Source of the DNA: a virus
Lineage: Duplodnaviria > Caudoviricetes
IMG/VR virus record: IMGVR_UViG_3300048629_000053
Span: 1 to 30,795 of that record
Length of the DNA: 30,795 bases
Direction: 5' to 3' (one strand)
In this document: positions 8,369 through 17,366 of the stretch, piece by piece
Numbering within the stretch: the first letter of the stretch is position 1
How the letters are laid out: every line of letters begins with the position of its first letter
Position numbers and translations under genes: made by a program
Notes under the pieces: generated by a model
Told to the model about the DNA's origin: nothing
The model's input: only the letters and a program-made list of their open reading frames with translations
The model's database searches: none

Positions 8369-8823
8369 CAAGCGAGGTCAAAATAATCGACAGGGATTTA
8401 GGCTGGGCAGCTATAAAACGCATGTTTCAGGGCGAGCACGAGCACTACACCGATGTCGGAATAATGCAGGAACACGACACGCGGTCGGATTCAGCAACAA
8501 ATATTGAGTTGGGTTTTATACACGAATTCGGCGCGGGAAAGATTCCTGAGCGCTCTTTTTTGCGATCCACAATAAACGAAAAAGGCGCAAAATATACCCC
8601 GGAATTAGATAAAATAGCGACGAGATCGGTTATGCGTAAAAGGTTCAACATCGCCGATTTAGCTGCTCTGGGTAAAAAAGCGGTCGCTGATGTGCAAGCT
8701 AAAATCATGTCAAATATACCGCCTCCGCTCGCAGCGGAAACGGTTGCGAACAAAGGGCACGATTTAGCGCTTATTGACACCAGGCAAATGTTCGAATCAA
8801 TTGATCATAGGGAGGACGGATGA
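8365..8823 (+). CDS. neck / virion morphogenesis protein (HK97 gp10-like)
   Basis: IHEFG...IPERSFLRST...PPLAAETV..KG...LIDTRQMFESI motif; start moved to GTG 8365 (GTGA overlap). Confidence 0.8.
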   Translation: MTSEVKIIDRDLGWAAIKRMFQGEHEHYTDVGIMQEHDTRSDSATNIELGFIHEFGAGKIPERSFLRSTINEKGAKYTPELDKIATRSVMRKRFNIADLAALGKKAVADVQAKIMSNIPPPLAAETVANKGHDLALIDTRQMFESIDHREDG

Positions 8824-9437
8824 GTAAATTTCAAAACCCCGATTTGAAAGAACAATTGACCACATTTGCTGATGTGCTGACGAGAGCGGGCGAATGCCCT
8901 GTTGTGTGGATTGATACCAACAAAAAAGGGCTCATTAGAAAAGCAAATAAAATATGGTGCGAGTTGCGTTTGCGTGTGGTGCGCACTGTAGGCACTGACG
9001 AAATACGTCATGAAGATATTGGGGGCTCGACACGGTTAAAAAACCCGAGGCAGGATTTGCTTATATCTGCCCGCGTGCTTGAATTGCAGGCAAATTTTCG
9101 CAGCCGCAGTCAAGAGTTTTTAACCTCAGCATGGCACGCAGCAACGCGGGCTCAATCGCGTATGCAGTGGCCTTATGCCAAAACTAAACTAAACGGAAAA
9201 AACCTGAGCCTTTCAAAAGTCGGCCAGGTTATCAATATGCAGGGTGCGAAAGTGTTTGATGATAGGGCCGAGGACGCGGCGGTTATTGAGTTTTGGCTTA
9301 ACTCAATGTTGACTGATAGAGATGCTGAAGCCGTTGGAACCTACATTGAGGAAATAGAACTCAGCTCTAAAATGTTCGATTTTGGTGGACCTGAACTCGA
9401 TCAAAGTTTACAGTTGGATGAGGAGAAATTACCATGA
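8820..9437 (+). CDS. putative tail terminator / completion protein
   Basis: 205 aa directly before the sheath gene with ATGA overlaps; assignment mostly by position. Confidence 0.55.
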   Translation: MSKFQNPDLKEQLTTFADVLTRAGECPVVWIDTNKKGLIRKANKIWCELRLRVVRTVGTDEIRHEDIGGSTRLKNPRQDLLISARVLELQANFRSRSQEFLTSAWHAATRAQSRMQWPYAKTKLNGKNLSLSKVGQVINMQGAKVFDDRAEDAAVIEFWLNSMLTDRDAEAVGTYIEEIELSSKMFDFGGPELDQSLQLDEEKLP

Positions 9438-10768
9438 GTTTAGAATCGATTGTAAAAGTTACGATTTCAGCATCCGCCCGAGGCGTATCCAAGAAATCGT
9501 TCGGCGTGATTATGGTCGCCGGTTATCACACGGCATGGTTGGAGCGATACCGCGTTTACACGCTCGGGACCGCTCTCGCCGATTTGGTATCCGATGGCAT
9601 ACCGGCGACGAGCCCGATTTATCGCGCTGTAAAATCGGCCGCCTCAAACACGCCAAAATCAGACAAAATTGTAGTTGGTAGGCTGGTAAGTAAATTTGAG
9701 CACAAAGGCACTTTTACAGTCGTAACCGGCTCAGTAGAGACGGGCAAAGTTTACAGTTTGACCGTAACCTCGCCCGGCGGCGATGACACGGTTGTGAGCT
9801 ATACCGCGCTCGCGGGCGATACCGAGACAATAGTCGCGGCGGCGCTTGCCTCAGCTTTAAACGGTATCAGTGATTTGACCTCTACAAACACTGCGGCGGT
9901 TGTGAGCTGGGAAGCCGATAACGCGGGCGAAGCGTGGATGTTTGCGGGCATGGACATCAATCTGCTTGAGTACAAAGACACGACCACGGACAGCTCACTG
10001 GTAACAGAGATAGGTCAAATCACAACCCTGTACCCTGACTATTACGGGTTGATTTTAGCCGACGCACCGAGCGCAGCACGTATAACTGCAATTGCGGCAG
10101 CTACGGAAACGCAGGAGCGTATTTTTGGTGCCTTGACCCATGACTCCGACAACACCGATTCGGGTTCCTCAACCTGCATCGCGGCCGTGCTAAAAGCGGC
10201 CTCACATTTCCGCACTTTTTGTTTTTATAGCGAGGACCAAAAATCACACGGGGCCGCGTGCTGGATGGGCGGGCGCTTTCCGATAGCACCCGGCGCGAGC
10301 ACCTGGGCATATAAACCGCTATCGGGAACAATCGTTGACACGTTGACAACGAACCGGCTCACCGGTCTTGATGCGCACAATGCAAATTATTACGTCGAGC
10401 TGGCCGGGACGCCTTGTACTATCGACGGCAAAATGGCTGCGGGCGAGTGGATCGATGTTATCAGAGGCCGCGATTGGCTTGTGGCAAGGTTGCGAGAGCG
10501 TCAAGCGTATCTGCTACTCAATAAGCCTAAAATCCCCTTTACCGACGGCGGCGTCAAATTGATAACGGCTCAGGTACAGGCCCAATTAGAGGAGGGCGTT
10601 GGCGCTGATTATCTCTCGCCCGACCCTGAACCATTCGTAACCGCTCCGAAAGTTGCTGATGTAAGCGCTGTAAATAAAACGGCGCGAGTGCTGCCGGATG
10701 TGTATTTCGAGGCGACACTCGCTGGCGCTATTCATGAAATGATCATCAATGGCGTTTTAAAGGTGTAA
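9434..10768 (+). CDS. tail sheath protein (DUF3383-like)
   Basis: IVKVTIS...FG, PGASTWAYKPLSG, GKMAAGEWIDVIRGRDWL, KIPFTDGG, F.ATLAGAIH motifs. Confidence 0.92.
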   Translation: MSLESIVKVTISASARGVSKKSFGVIMVAGYHTAWLERYRVYTLGTALADLVSDGIPATSPIYRAVKSAASNTPKSDKIVVGRLVSKFEHKGTFTVVTGSVETGKVYSLTVTSPGGDDTVVSYTALAGDTETIVAAALASALNGISDLTSTNTAAVVSWEADNAGEAWMFAGMDINLLEYKDTTTDSSLVTEIGQITTLYPDYYGLILADAPSAARITAIAAATETQERIFGALTHDSDNTDSGSSTCIAAVLKAASHFRTFCFYSEDQKSHGAACWMGGRFPIAPGASTWAYKPLSGTIVDTLTTNRLTGLDAHNANYYVELAGTPCTIDGKMAAGEWIDVIRGRDWLVARLRERQAYLLLNKPKIPFTDGGVKLITAQVQAQLEEGVGADYLSPDPEPFVTAPKVADVSAVNKTARVLPDVYFEATLAGAIHEMIINGVLKV

Positions 10769-10771
10769 AAA

Positions 10772-11212
10772 ATGAGTGACCAAGTAAAAGTTTATAATGC
10801 CGACGAACTCCTGATTACGATGGGTCCTGTAGTAATCGAATCAGGCCTAGGCGACGGCGAATTTTTGTCTATTGAAGATGAGACAGAATCCGCAATGGAT
10901 GTAGCGGGCACCGACGGCGAAGTTGCTGTCAGCCGGTCAAATGACCAGCGGGCGAATGTGACAATTACGCTATTGGCCACCTCGGCAGCTAATGACGGTT
11001 TAAGTGTTCTACTAAACCTGTTTAAAACCGCGCCGGGCTCGGCAGGCGGAATAGTGCCCTTCGCGGTCGCCGACCTGAACGGCCGGACAATCATGTCAGG
11101 CGCGAATGCCTGGGTAAAAAAAGCGCCGGACCGAAAATGGCAGCGAGAGGTGCAAATGAACGCATGGGAAATCCGCGTTGCCCACCTCAAACGCTTTGAC
11201 GGAGGGAATTAA
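10772..11212 (+). CDS. tail tube protein (DUF3277-like)
   Basis: follows sheath; YNA....I, G.DGEV..S, VTITL..TS..ND.L, DLNG...AWV.K.P...WEI. Confidence 0.85.
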   Translation: MSDQVKVYNADELLITMGPVVIESGLGDGEFLSIEDETESAMDVAGTDGEVAVSRSNDQRANVTITLLATSAANDGLSVLLNLFKTAPGSAGGIVPFAVADLNGRTIMSGANAWVKKAPDRKWQREVQMNAWEIRVAHLKRFDGGN

Positions 11213-11214
11213 CC

Positions 11215-11709
11215 ATGAATTTGGAACCGTGCAAAACCGAAATTGATGGCGTTGAATACGAATTCACACCTTTGATGGCCACACCCGCCCGAAACATGTT
11301 CGACCAATTAGCCAAAAAATTCGGTCCAACTATTGCAAGTTTTGTCGAATCCCTGAACGGCGACGCGGGCGATGTTGATATTGATACAGCGCACGTGTTA
11401 GAGGCCTTCGCGGGTATGAGCGAATCGCTGGGAGGCGCTATTAGGGCGTTTACTAGTGCGCTTACTCCTGAGTTCCATAATCAGCTTTTAGACACGTTTT
11501 TAAACCATGTGCGCTATAGACACGAGGACGGCGAGATGCTGAATCTCACTAAACAGGTGAGAGAGACCATGTTCGGCCGTGCCCTTGCACTTGAAACCAA
11601 AATTCTAGGCTGGTGCCTTTCGGAGCAATACTCCGATTTTTTCGCGCCATTGCGGACGGCGCTCGCGTCCGCAGGAGGCCCACCGCAGGCGAAAAAGGTA
11701 CAGAGTTAA
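11215..11709 (+). CDS. tail assembly chaperone (lambda gpG-like role)
   Basis: between tube and tape measure genes; EIDGVEY N-terminus, YSDFF near the C-terminus. Confidence 0.75.
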   Translation: MNLEPCKTEIDGVEYEFTPLMATPARNMFDQLAKKFGPTIASFVESLNGDAGDVDIDTAHVLEAFAGMSESLGGAIRAFTSALTPEFHNQLLDTFLNHVRYRHEDGEMLNLTKQVRETMFGRALALETKILGWCLSEQYSDFFAPLRTALASAGGPPQAKKVQS

Positions 11710-11876
11710 TACTGCCGGACGGTGTTGATTGGTTTTTTTGGCGCGTGCTTACCTCGGACAAAATCAAGGTGTCGATGCACGAAATGGAGACAACCTGGAG
11801 TTTGTGCGATATACTGAGGGCACACCAAGCTTTGGACGCAATAGAAGCGGCTGAGGCTGAGGCAATGGAGCGCTGA
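11697..11876 (+). CDS. -1 frame extension of the tail assembly chaperone (gpT-like); predicted fusion about 220 aa
   Basis: -1 frame is open from 11595 to 11876 and encodes ..LPDGVDWFFWRV...WSLCDILRAHQALDAIE..; no good independent start; slippery sites T TTT TTC (11637-11643) and G AAA AAG (11691-11697). Confidence 0.75.
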   Translation, partial: GTELILPDGVDWFFWRVLTSDKIKVSMHEMETTWSLCDILRAHQALDAIEAAEAEAMER

Positions 11877-11877
11877 T

Positions 11878-13371
11878 ATGGTCGTTCGCGAATTAATAGC
11901 CAGGCTGGGAATCCAATTTGACGGCAAATCAGCTCGCAAAGCAGAACAAAAAACCAAGGGCGTTTTGGGCAATATTCAAAAAGCGACCATGCTCATGGGC
12001 GCGGCGGCGCTCGGTTTAGGCCTCGCAAAAGTTACAAAACTTGCCTCAGATACCGTTGAAAATTTAAACATCCTAAATCAGGCATTCGGTGACAACCGGC
12101 AGGACGTGCAAAACTGGGCCACAACTTTCGCGGAGGCTGCCGGGCGGTCAAAGTATGGCATGGAGGCCATGGCCGGAACACTCGGCGCTGTATTAAACCC
12201 TCTGTTAGATGACAATAAAGATTTATCAGCCGAGGCCGCGAAAAACCTATCGCAACTCGCTGTCGATTTGGGCTCTTTTTATAATGTGGCTGATAGCCAG
12301 GCAGTTAACGCTCTCCGGGCAGGTTTAACCGGCGAAACGGAACCACTAAAGCGCCTCGGTATCGTTATGACAGAGGTCGCGCTCAAAGCTTATATGCTGG
12401 AGCAGGGTATAACGGCCGATTATCACTCAATGGGTATCGCCGCGAAAACCGAGCTGCGCTATAATTTTTTAATGGCGAAAACCGCGATGGTTCAAGGCGA
12501 CGCCGCCCGAACATCGATGGAATATGCCAACTCTTCGAAAGCATTTAAAACCGCGCTGGTAGATGTTGCGACGGTTGTCGGGTTGAAATTACTGCCCGGG
12601 ATGCGCTGGTTGATGAACGTCATGAAACAAGGCGCGATGACGTTCCGAAAAGCAGCAGAGCACTCGAAAATTTTAGAGGCCTCTTTACTTGTACTCGGCG
12701 CGATAGTTGTCGCGCTGGGTGTTAAATTATGGATTGCCTTCGCGCCTGTTATTGTGCCCATCGCATTACTCGCCGCGAAACTGGCTCTGATAGTATTGCT
12801 GGTCGATGATTTCCTCACATTTTTAGACGGTGGGGATTCGATAATAGGGCGGTTTATAGATACTATTTTCGGCCCAGGCTCAGCAACCGCAGCGGTTAAA
12901 GCATTACATGAGGCATGGCAAGGGCTCAAAATTCTCTGGATTCAGGATATAAAACCTGTTTTCGAAATGCTCCAAGAGCTTTTTGAGGGCGCGATTAAAT
13001 TCTGGGTCGAAGATGGCATTCCTGCAATCTCTGAGTTTTTTGACTATCTGGGTACTAAAATCAATTGGGCATTAGATAAAGTGCAAGCGTTTTTTGACCT
13101 TATATCAGGCGGCTGGACGGCAGCCTCAGAGTTTTTAGGCTTCGACACGGGCGAAAAAGGAGCAAAAAAGAAAGCGCCGACGCTTCCTAAATTAAAGGAA
13201 TTCAGCTCTCGTTCGGAAATGCTGAATAACTTTAATACGAATGTGAATGTGAATGTGAACGGCAAAACCGATAAAAACACTGCAAACCAGATAGGGCGCG
13301 TCGCAGGTAAACATGTGGCTACCTCAAATAAAGCGTCGCTCAGGGCGCTAACCCAGAGGGCCCCGGCATGA
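11878..13371 (+). CDS. tape measure protein
   Basis: Ala-rich and helical; LAVDLGSFYN...GLTGETEPLKRLGI..TE..LKAY motif; hydrophobic central segments; position after the chaperone. Confidence 0.9.
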   Translation: MVVRELIARLGIQFDGKSARKAEQKTKGVLGNIQKATMLMGAAALGLGLAKVTKLASDTVENLNILNQAFGDNRQDVQNWATTFAEAAGRSKYGMEAMAGTLGAVLNPLLDDNKDLSAEAAKNLSQLAVDLGSFYNVADSQAVNALRAGLTGETEPLKRLGIVMTEVALKAYMLEQGITADYHSMGIAAKTELRYNFLMAKTAMVQGDAARTSMEYANSSKAFKTALVDVATVVGLKLLPGMRWLMNVMKQGAMTFRKAAEHSKILEASLLVLGAIVVALGVKLWIAFAPVIVPIALLAAKLALIVLLVDDFLTFLDGGDSIIGRFIDTIFGPGSATAAVKALHEAWQGLKILWIQDIKPVFEMLQELFEGAIKFWVEDGIPAISEFFDYLGTKINWALDKVQAFFDLISGGWTAASEFLGFDTGEKGAKKKAPTLPKLKEFSSRSEMLNNFNTNVNVNVNGKTDKNTANQIGRVAGKHVATSNKASLRALTQRAPA

Positions 13372-14000
13372 CTTTTAAGTTAAATTTATCTGGAACCACA
13401 TCTCAGGTGGTCATAGGTGAGGTACAGGTCGACGCCAGCACGAACGAGGGGCATGGTCTAACAGGGGTTGTGTCGTCTCACCCTGTAGAGTCGGGACAGC
13501 CTATTACCGACCATTACAGTGTCGATCCGGACGAGCTGACGATTGAGGCGGTTATCACTAAATCACCTCTAAAAACAGGTTATCCGGGACAAAGCGCAAT
13601 CAGTAGCGTCGGTTCGTTGATTGACGGAAAAGGGGGTGACCCCGTCCTCGATGCCTGGGCCGCAATTGAGAATTATTTTAAAAACTCAGAATTAATCACG
13701 ATAACGACCAGCCTCAAAACCTATACGAACATGGCCCTTGTGTCGTTTTCGGTGACACGCAGCGCCGATACCGGCGATGCACTCTCTTTTTCGCTAAATG
13801 CACGCGAGCTGCGAATAGTTGAAACAGCAACGGCGACAGCCCTTGAGGATATACAGGCTAAAAACGCACGCAAAGCAAAGTCAAAAACAACGCAGGACAA
13901 GAAAAACAAGGGCCGAAAACAGAAAAAGAAGGCCTCCAAAGAGCAGAAAAAATCCGTACTGGCTCAAATGGCCGACGGTGTTGGGGGGTTGTTTAAATGA
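13368..14000 (+). CDS. baseplate / tube initiator (Dit-like) protein
   Basis: DAS.NE.H....VSSHPVESG..ITDH....PDELTI and LITITTSLKTY.NM motifs; Lys-rich C-terminus. Confidence 0.75.
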   Translation: MTFKLNLSGTTSQVVIGEVQVDASTNEGHGLTGVVSSHPVESGQPITDHYSVDPDELTIEAVITKSPLKTGYPGQSAISSVGSLIDGKGGDPVLDAWAAIENYFKNSELITITTSLKTYTNMALVSFSVTRSADTGDALSFSLNARELRIVETATATALEDIQAKNARKAKSKTTQDKKNKGRKQKKKASKEQKKSVLAQMADGVGGLFK

Positions 14001-14332
14001 CCGATGTCACTGTTATTGATACTGTTTATGACGGAACGGCTCATTATGAGCAATTGACCCAGCTCGACGGCTCTTTGTTCAAAATGATTTTTGACTTCAA
14101 TTCCAGAGACAATCACTGGTATTTATCACTATACACCGACGACGATACACCTATCGCGGGCGCGTTAAATATGAAATTAGTGCAAAATTGGGCACCCATG
14201 AGATTATGCAGGGACGCAAATAAACCCAAAGGGTATTTTTTAGTGGCAAGCGAGCACCACGATGAGCCAGGCATTGCTGATTTAGGCGACGGAACATATT
14301 TGTACTACATTCCGGAGGGCGCAGGTGACTAA
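13997..14332 (+). CDS. small baseplate (plug-like) protein
   Basis: LDG..F...F.FNSRD.HWYLSL...G..LV and LG....LYY pattern; position before the hub gene. Confidence 0.65.
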   Translation: MTDVTVIDTVYDGTAHYEQLTQLDGSLFKMIFDFNSRDNHWYLSLYTDDDTPIAGALNMKLVQNWAPMRLCRDANKPKGYFLVASEHHDEPGIADLGDGTYLYYIPEGAGD

Positions 14333-15149
14333 GCAATTCGGCCGAAAATATCTTTGTCAGATTGGAACACTGGTATTTGACGCGCTAGATGTGGAATTTA
14401 GAGCTATCAAAACTCTGAACTCCGAACCCAACACACTCGATTTAGTTGTTTACAACCTCACCCCGGACCACAGAAAACAGCTAAAACAAAACCAGAATCT
14501 AATAGCAAAACTGGACGCGGGTTACACCGGCAATATCGGCACTGTTTTTTATGGACGCGTCCGTGACGTGCATAGTGAATATGACCCGCCCGACTGGATT
14601 ACTCAGTTGTCCAGCGGCGACGGCGAGCAAGAAAAACAAACAGCTCGAATAAATGAATCATTTGCACCTGGGACGCCGTTACCCACGATTTTGACAAAAG
14701 CGGCCGAGGCCTTGGGTTTAGGTGTGGGCAATATAGTCACGCAAGCACCGCTCGCTCAATTTTTGGACGGGTCAAAACAGACTTTGCATGGTACGGTTTT
14801 GTCAGGGCCAGCAGCGCGTGAGCTGGACCGAATCGCGCACAGTGCAGGCCTTGAATGGTCTATCCAAGACCAAATAATCCAATTTTTGCCTTTAAATCAG
14901 CCTACAAACGAGGTCGCGGTCGTGCTCACGCCCGCTACGGGTTTAATTGGCAGCCCGACGATAGGCAATGACGGAATAATAAGCGCAAGCGCTCTTTTAA
15001 ACAGCGCGATTATTCCGGGGCGACAATTGCACATTTACAGCCGGGAAATTAATGTTGTGGCCAGGTGTGAGTCGGTTGCGTTTATGGGCAGCTCAGCTGG
15101 TGGTGATTGGTACGCAGATATTGAGGCAAAAGAACTGGAGAAGTTTTAA
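14325..15149 (+). CDS. baseplate hub protein
   Basis: PN...L.VYNL, L.AGY.G..G.VF.G, WSIQD, TGLIGSP, LLN..I.PG motifs. Confidence 0.85.
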   Translation: MTKQFGRKYLCQIGTLVFDALDVEFRAIKTLNSEPNTLDLVVYNLTPDHRKQLKQNQNLIAKLDAGYTGNIGTVFYGRVRDVHSEYDPPDWITQLSSGDGEQEKQTARINESFAPGTPLPTILTKAAEALGLGVGNIVTQAPLAQFLDGSKQTLHGTVLSGPAARELDRIAHSAGLEWSIQDQIIQFLPLNQPTNEVAVVLTPATGLIGSPTIGNDGIISASALLNSAIIPGRQLHIYSREINVVARCESVAFMGSSAGGDWYADIEAKELEKF

Positions 15150-15715
15150 TGCTTGAGCCCTCATTAACGCAAGTAATCGCCTCAGCAATCGATGACAAGT
15201 TAATTGACGTGCATACGGCGCTTCCCGGAGTCGTTCAGAGCTACGATAAAGCTACTCAGACAGCCGAGATAGAACTACAGGTCCGAAGGGCTCTCCAAAC
15301 CGAGAACGGCGAATACACGACCGAGGAACTGCCTATACTGCCGAATGTTCCGGTGATATTCGCCCGGACAAGTCAATTTTACATCTCATTGCCTGTAAAA
15401 ACAGGTGATTCAGGCATTGTAATTTTTAACGAGGCTATAATTGACCAATGGCGGTCCTTGGGTAAAAGCGCTTCGCCTACGGATATAGGCCGTCACACAC
15501 TCGCGGCAGGTGTTTTTTTACCTGGATTATTCCCGGCAGCGGGCGCAATAGCACCCGCGCCCCCTGACGACGGCGTTCGTGTCGCGTGGGTAAAGGGTGC
15601 CCATGTTACGGTTTACGGCGACGGCCGGATTGAGGCCGTGAACGGTAAAGGGTATTTCAAATTGACCGCGAGTGGGCAATTTGACGCGAATGGTAATTTT
15701 ACGGTTGACCCATGA
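15149..15715 (+). CDS. baseplate central spike (Gp138 / gpV-like)
   Basis: VHTALPG.VQSYD, LP.LPNVPV.F, LPVK.GD.G.VIF.E..IDQW...RH.L motifs. Confidence 0.85.
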   Translation: MLEPSLTQVIASAIDDKLIDVHTALPGVVQSYDKATQTAEIELQVRRALQTENGEYTTEELPILPNVPVIFARTSQFYISLPVKTGDSGIVIFNEAIIDQWRSLGKSASPTDIGRHTLAAGVFLPGLFPAAGAIAPAPPDDGVRVAWVKGAHVTVYGDGRIEAVNGKGYFKLTASGQFDANGNFTVDP

Positions 15716-16137
15716 CCCTAAAAAACGTTGCAAACGAAGATCTGACACTGCATTTTGGTAATACCGCAGGCCCGCCCGATTTGGTATATACCGGCGACCC
15801 TGGTATTGACGCGGTTAAAATTGTCCCTGTGCTATCTACACACTGTAAAGCGTTAAACAAAAAAGTCGGGACTCAGAAAATAACAGTCACATGGCTAATA
15901 GCGACGGGGGGGTGCGCTTTTACAAGTGCGACCCATACGTTCGTCGCGGGCGGCGCTTTGATAACGCCATCGGCGACCAAAACAAAAGCCGATGGTCAAA
16001 TAGTGCTGCGTGAGGACGATTCAGCGGCGGCCGGGTGCGTTGGTAGTTGGACTAATAACTCGTCCGGTGCTACTGTACCATGTAGCTGCTCAGCAAAAAT
16101 AAATGCTGCCGGGCAAGCGAAGGCAAAAGCACAATGA
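15712..16137 (+). CDS. putative PAAR-like spike tip protein
   Basis: directly after the spike gene; small and Cys-containing; TKTKADGQIVLREDD and CSCSAKI..AGQ.K.KA. Confidence 0.6.
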   Translation: MTLKNVANEDLTLHFGNTAGPPDLVYTGDPGIDAVKIVPVLSTHCKALNKKVGTQKITVTWLIATGGCAFTSATHTFVAGGALITPSATKTKADGQIVLREDDSAAAGCVGSWTNNSSGATVPCSCSAKINAAGQAKAKAQ

Positions 16138-17366
16138 CCGATCTGCTTCTCAATAAATGCGGCGATTTAAAAATAGTCGATGGTGACTTTTTTATCGTGC
16201 GAGGAGCGGATGCGGTCCGGCAGCATTGGTTAATCAGGGTACGCACGTATCAGGGCGAATGGATTTTAAACGAGGATATGGGCGTTCCTTATTTTCAAAC
16301 CGTTTTTGCCAAAAACGCAACGAACGCCGAAATCGAGAATATTTTTAGAGAGCTTACACTGAAAACACCCGGTGTGCTCAGTGTAGAGCGCGTCGCCCTG
16401 AGCGGTTTTGATCCGTTAACACGCTCAATTAATCTACGTGTTGACGCCACGATTGAGGGCGACGAACACTACACATTTTATTATGACGGACCGTTATCGC
16501 CGGACGCGTGCCCACTCGAACCGGCGCAGGATTACCCTGCCCAGTTTGAGGGCCTGCGGATTTGGTTTGATGCGTTTTACGGCGACGGGCGCGAGTGGGA
16601 CGGGACGCATTTAAAACTGATAAACAAAGCCGGGACGGGTTTTGCGGATGGAGCGGGCAGCACTGGGCAGCCTGTCCTCGTGGGAGCAAGTGGCATAAAT
16701 GGCCACCCGGCAGCGCGTTTTGCAAACGGCGCGGGTGAAAACCAGTTTTTAGAGGTTGCTGATACGCCCGCGATGCGAGCCGCGACCGGATTTACTCAGA
16801 TAGTAGTTTATAAACCCGACAGCTACTCAGGCTCGCCTGCGTCCTATAAACAAGGTTTAGTCGCCCTAAACGGCAACAATAACGCAGGATTACGTGAGTA
16901 CTATAATTTTGCTTTAAACGTGTCGGCCAGCGGGACAGCTAGTAATCTGCATTTAGATGAAATTCATTCGGGCAGCCCCGCCGAAGCCATTTATACTCCC
17001 GCCGAACTTTTTTCATTCGACCCCGAAATCGTTGTAATGCGGGGGAATAGTTTAACCGGCTGGAATAGCAGCCGGAATTTACAGACACGTTTAATTTCCG
17101 GGACAGCGGATGAGAATTTATTGCTCGATGGCGCTGGTTTAGTAGGTGCCTCGTATGACCCCGCGTCCGCGTTGCCTGGCGAGTCTGATTTTTTAAATGG
17201 CGATATAGGCGAAGTGCTTGTTTACGACCGAAAATTAAGCGATAGTGAAACACGAGATCTCGTTTTATATTTGCGGGCCAAATGGGGATTTACGTTTAGC
17301 ACCGCGATAGTATGCTCGTTCGGGCACGGCCCCTTTGGGCACTGTCCATTCGGAGGAACACCATGA
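16134..17366 (+). CDS. baseplate wedge / sheath initiator (gp25-like) fused to a LamG/concanavalin-like domain
   Basis: first ~115 aa: DL.I.DGD...V.G.DAVRQ...IR.RT..GEW.L...GVPY...TPGV; C-terminal part: LRIWFDA...INGHPA.RF...FLNGDIGEVLVYDRKLS..E.....YL..KWG. Confidence 0.8.
   Translation: MTDLLLNKCGDLKIVDGDFFIVRGADAVRQHWLIRVRTYQGEWILNEDMGVPYFQTVFAKNATNAEIENIFRELTLKTPGVLSVERVALSGFDPLTRSINLRVDATIEGDEHYTFYYDGPLSPDACPLEPAQDYPAQFEGLRIWFDAFYGDGREWDGTHLKLINKAGTGFADGAGSTGQPVLVGASGINGHPAARFANGAGENQFLEVADTPAMRAATGFTQIVVYKPDSYSGSPASYKQGLVALNGNNNAGLREYYNFALNVSASGTASNLHLDEIHSGSPAEAIYTPAELFSFDPEIVVMRGNSLTGWNSSRNLQTRLISGTADENLLLDGAGLVGASYDPASALPGESDFLNGDIGEVLVYDRKLSDSETRDLVLYLRAKWGFTFSTAIVCSFGHGPFGHCPFGGTP

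Noticed and set aside
13239-13260. (GAATGT)x3 tandem repeat
   Set aside because: Encodes NVNVNVN, a low-complexity stretch common near tape-measure C-termini; in frame, so not a phase-variation switch
13855-13955. Very A-rich stretch
   Set aside because: Explained by the Lys-rich C-terminal tail of the baseplate protein
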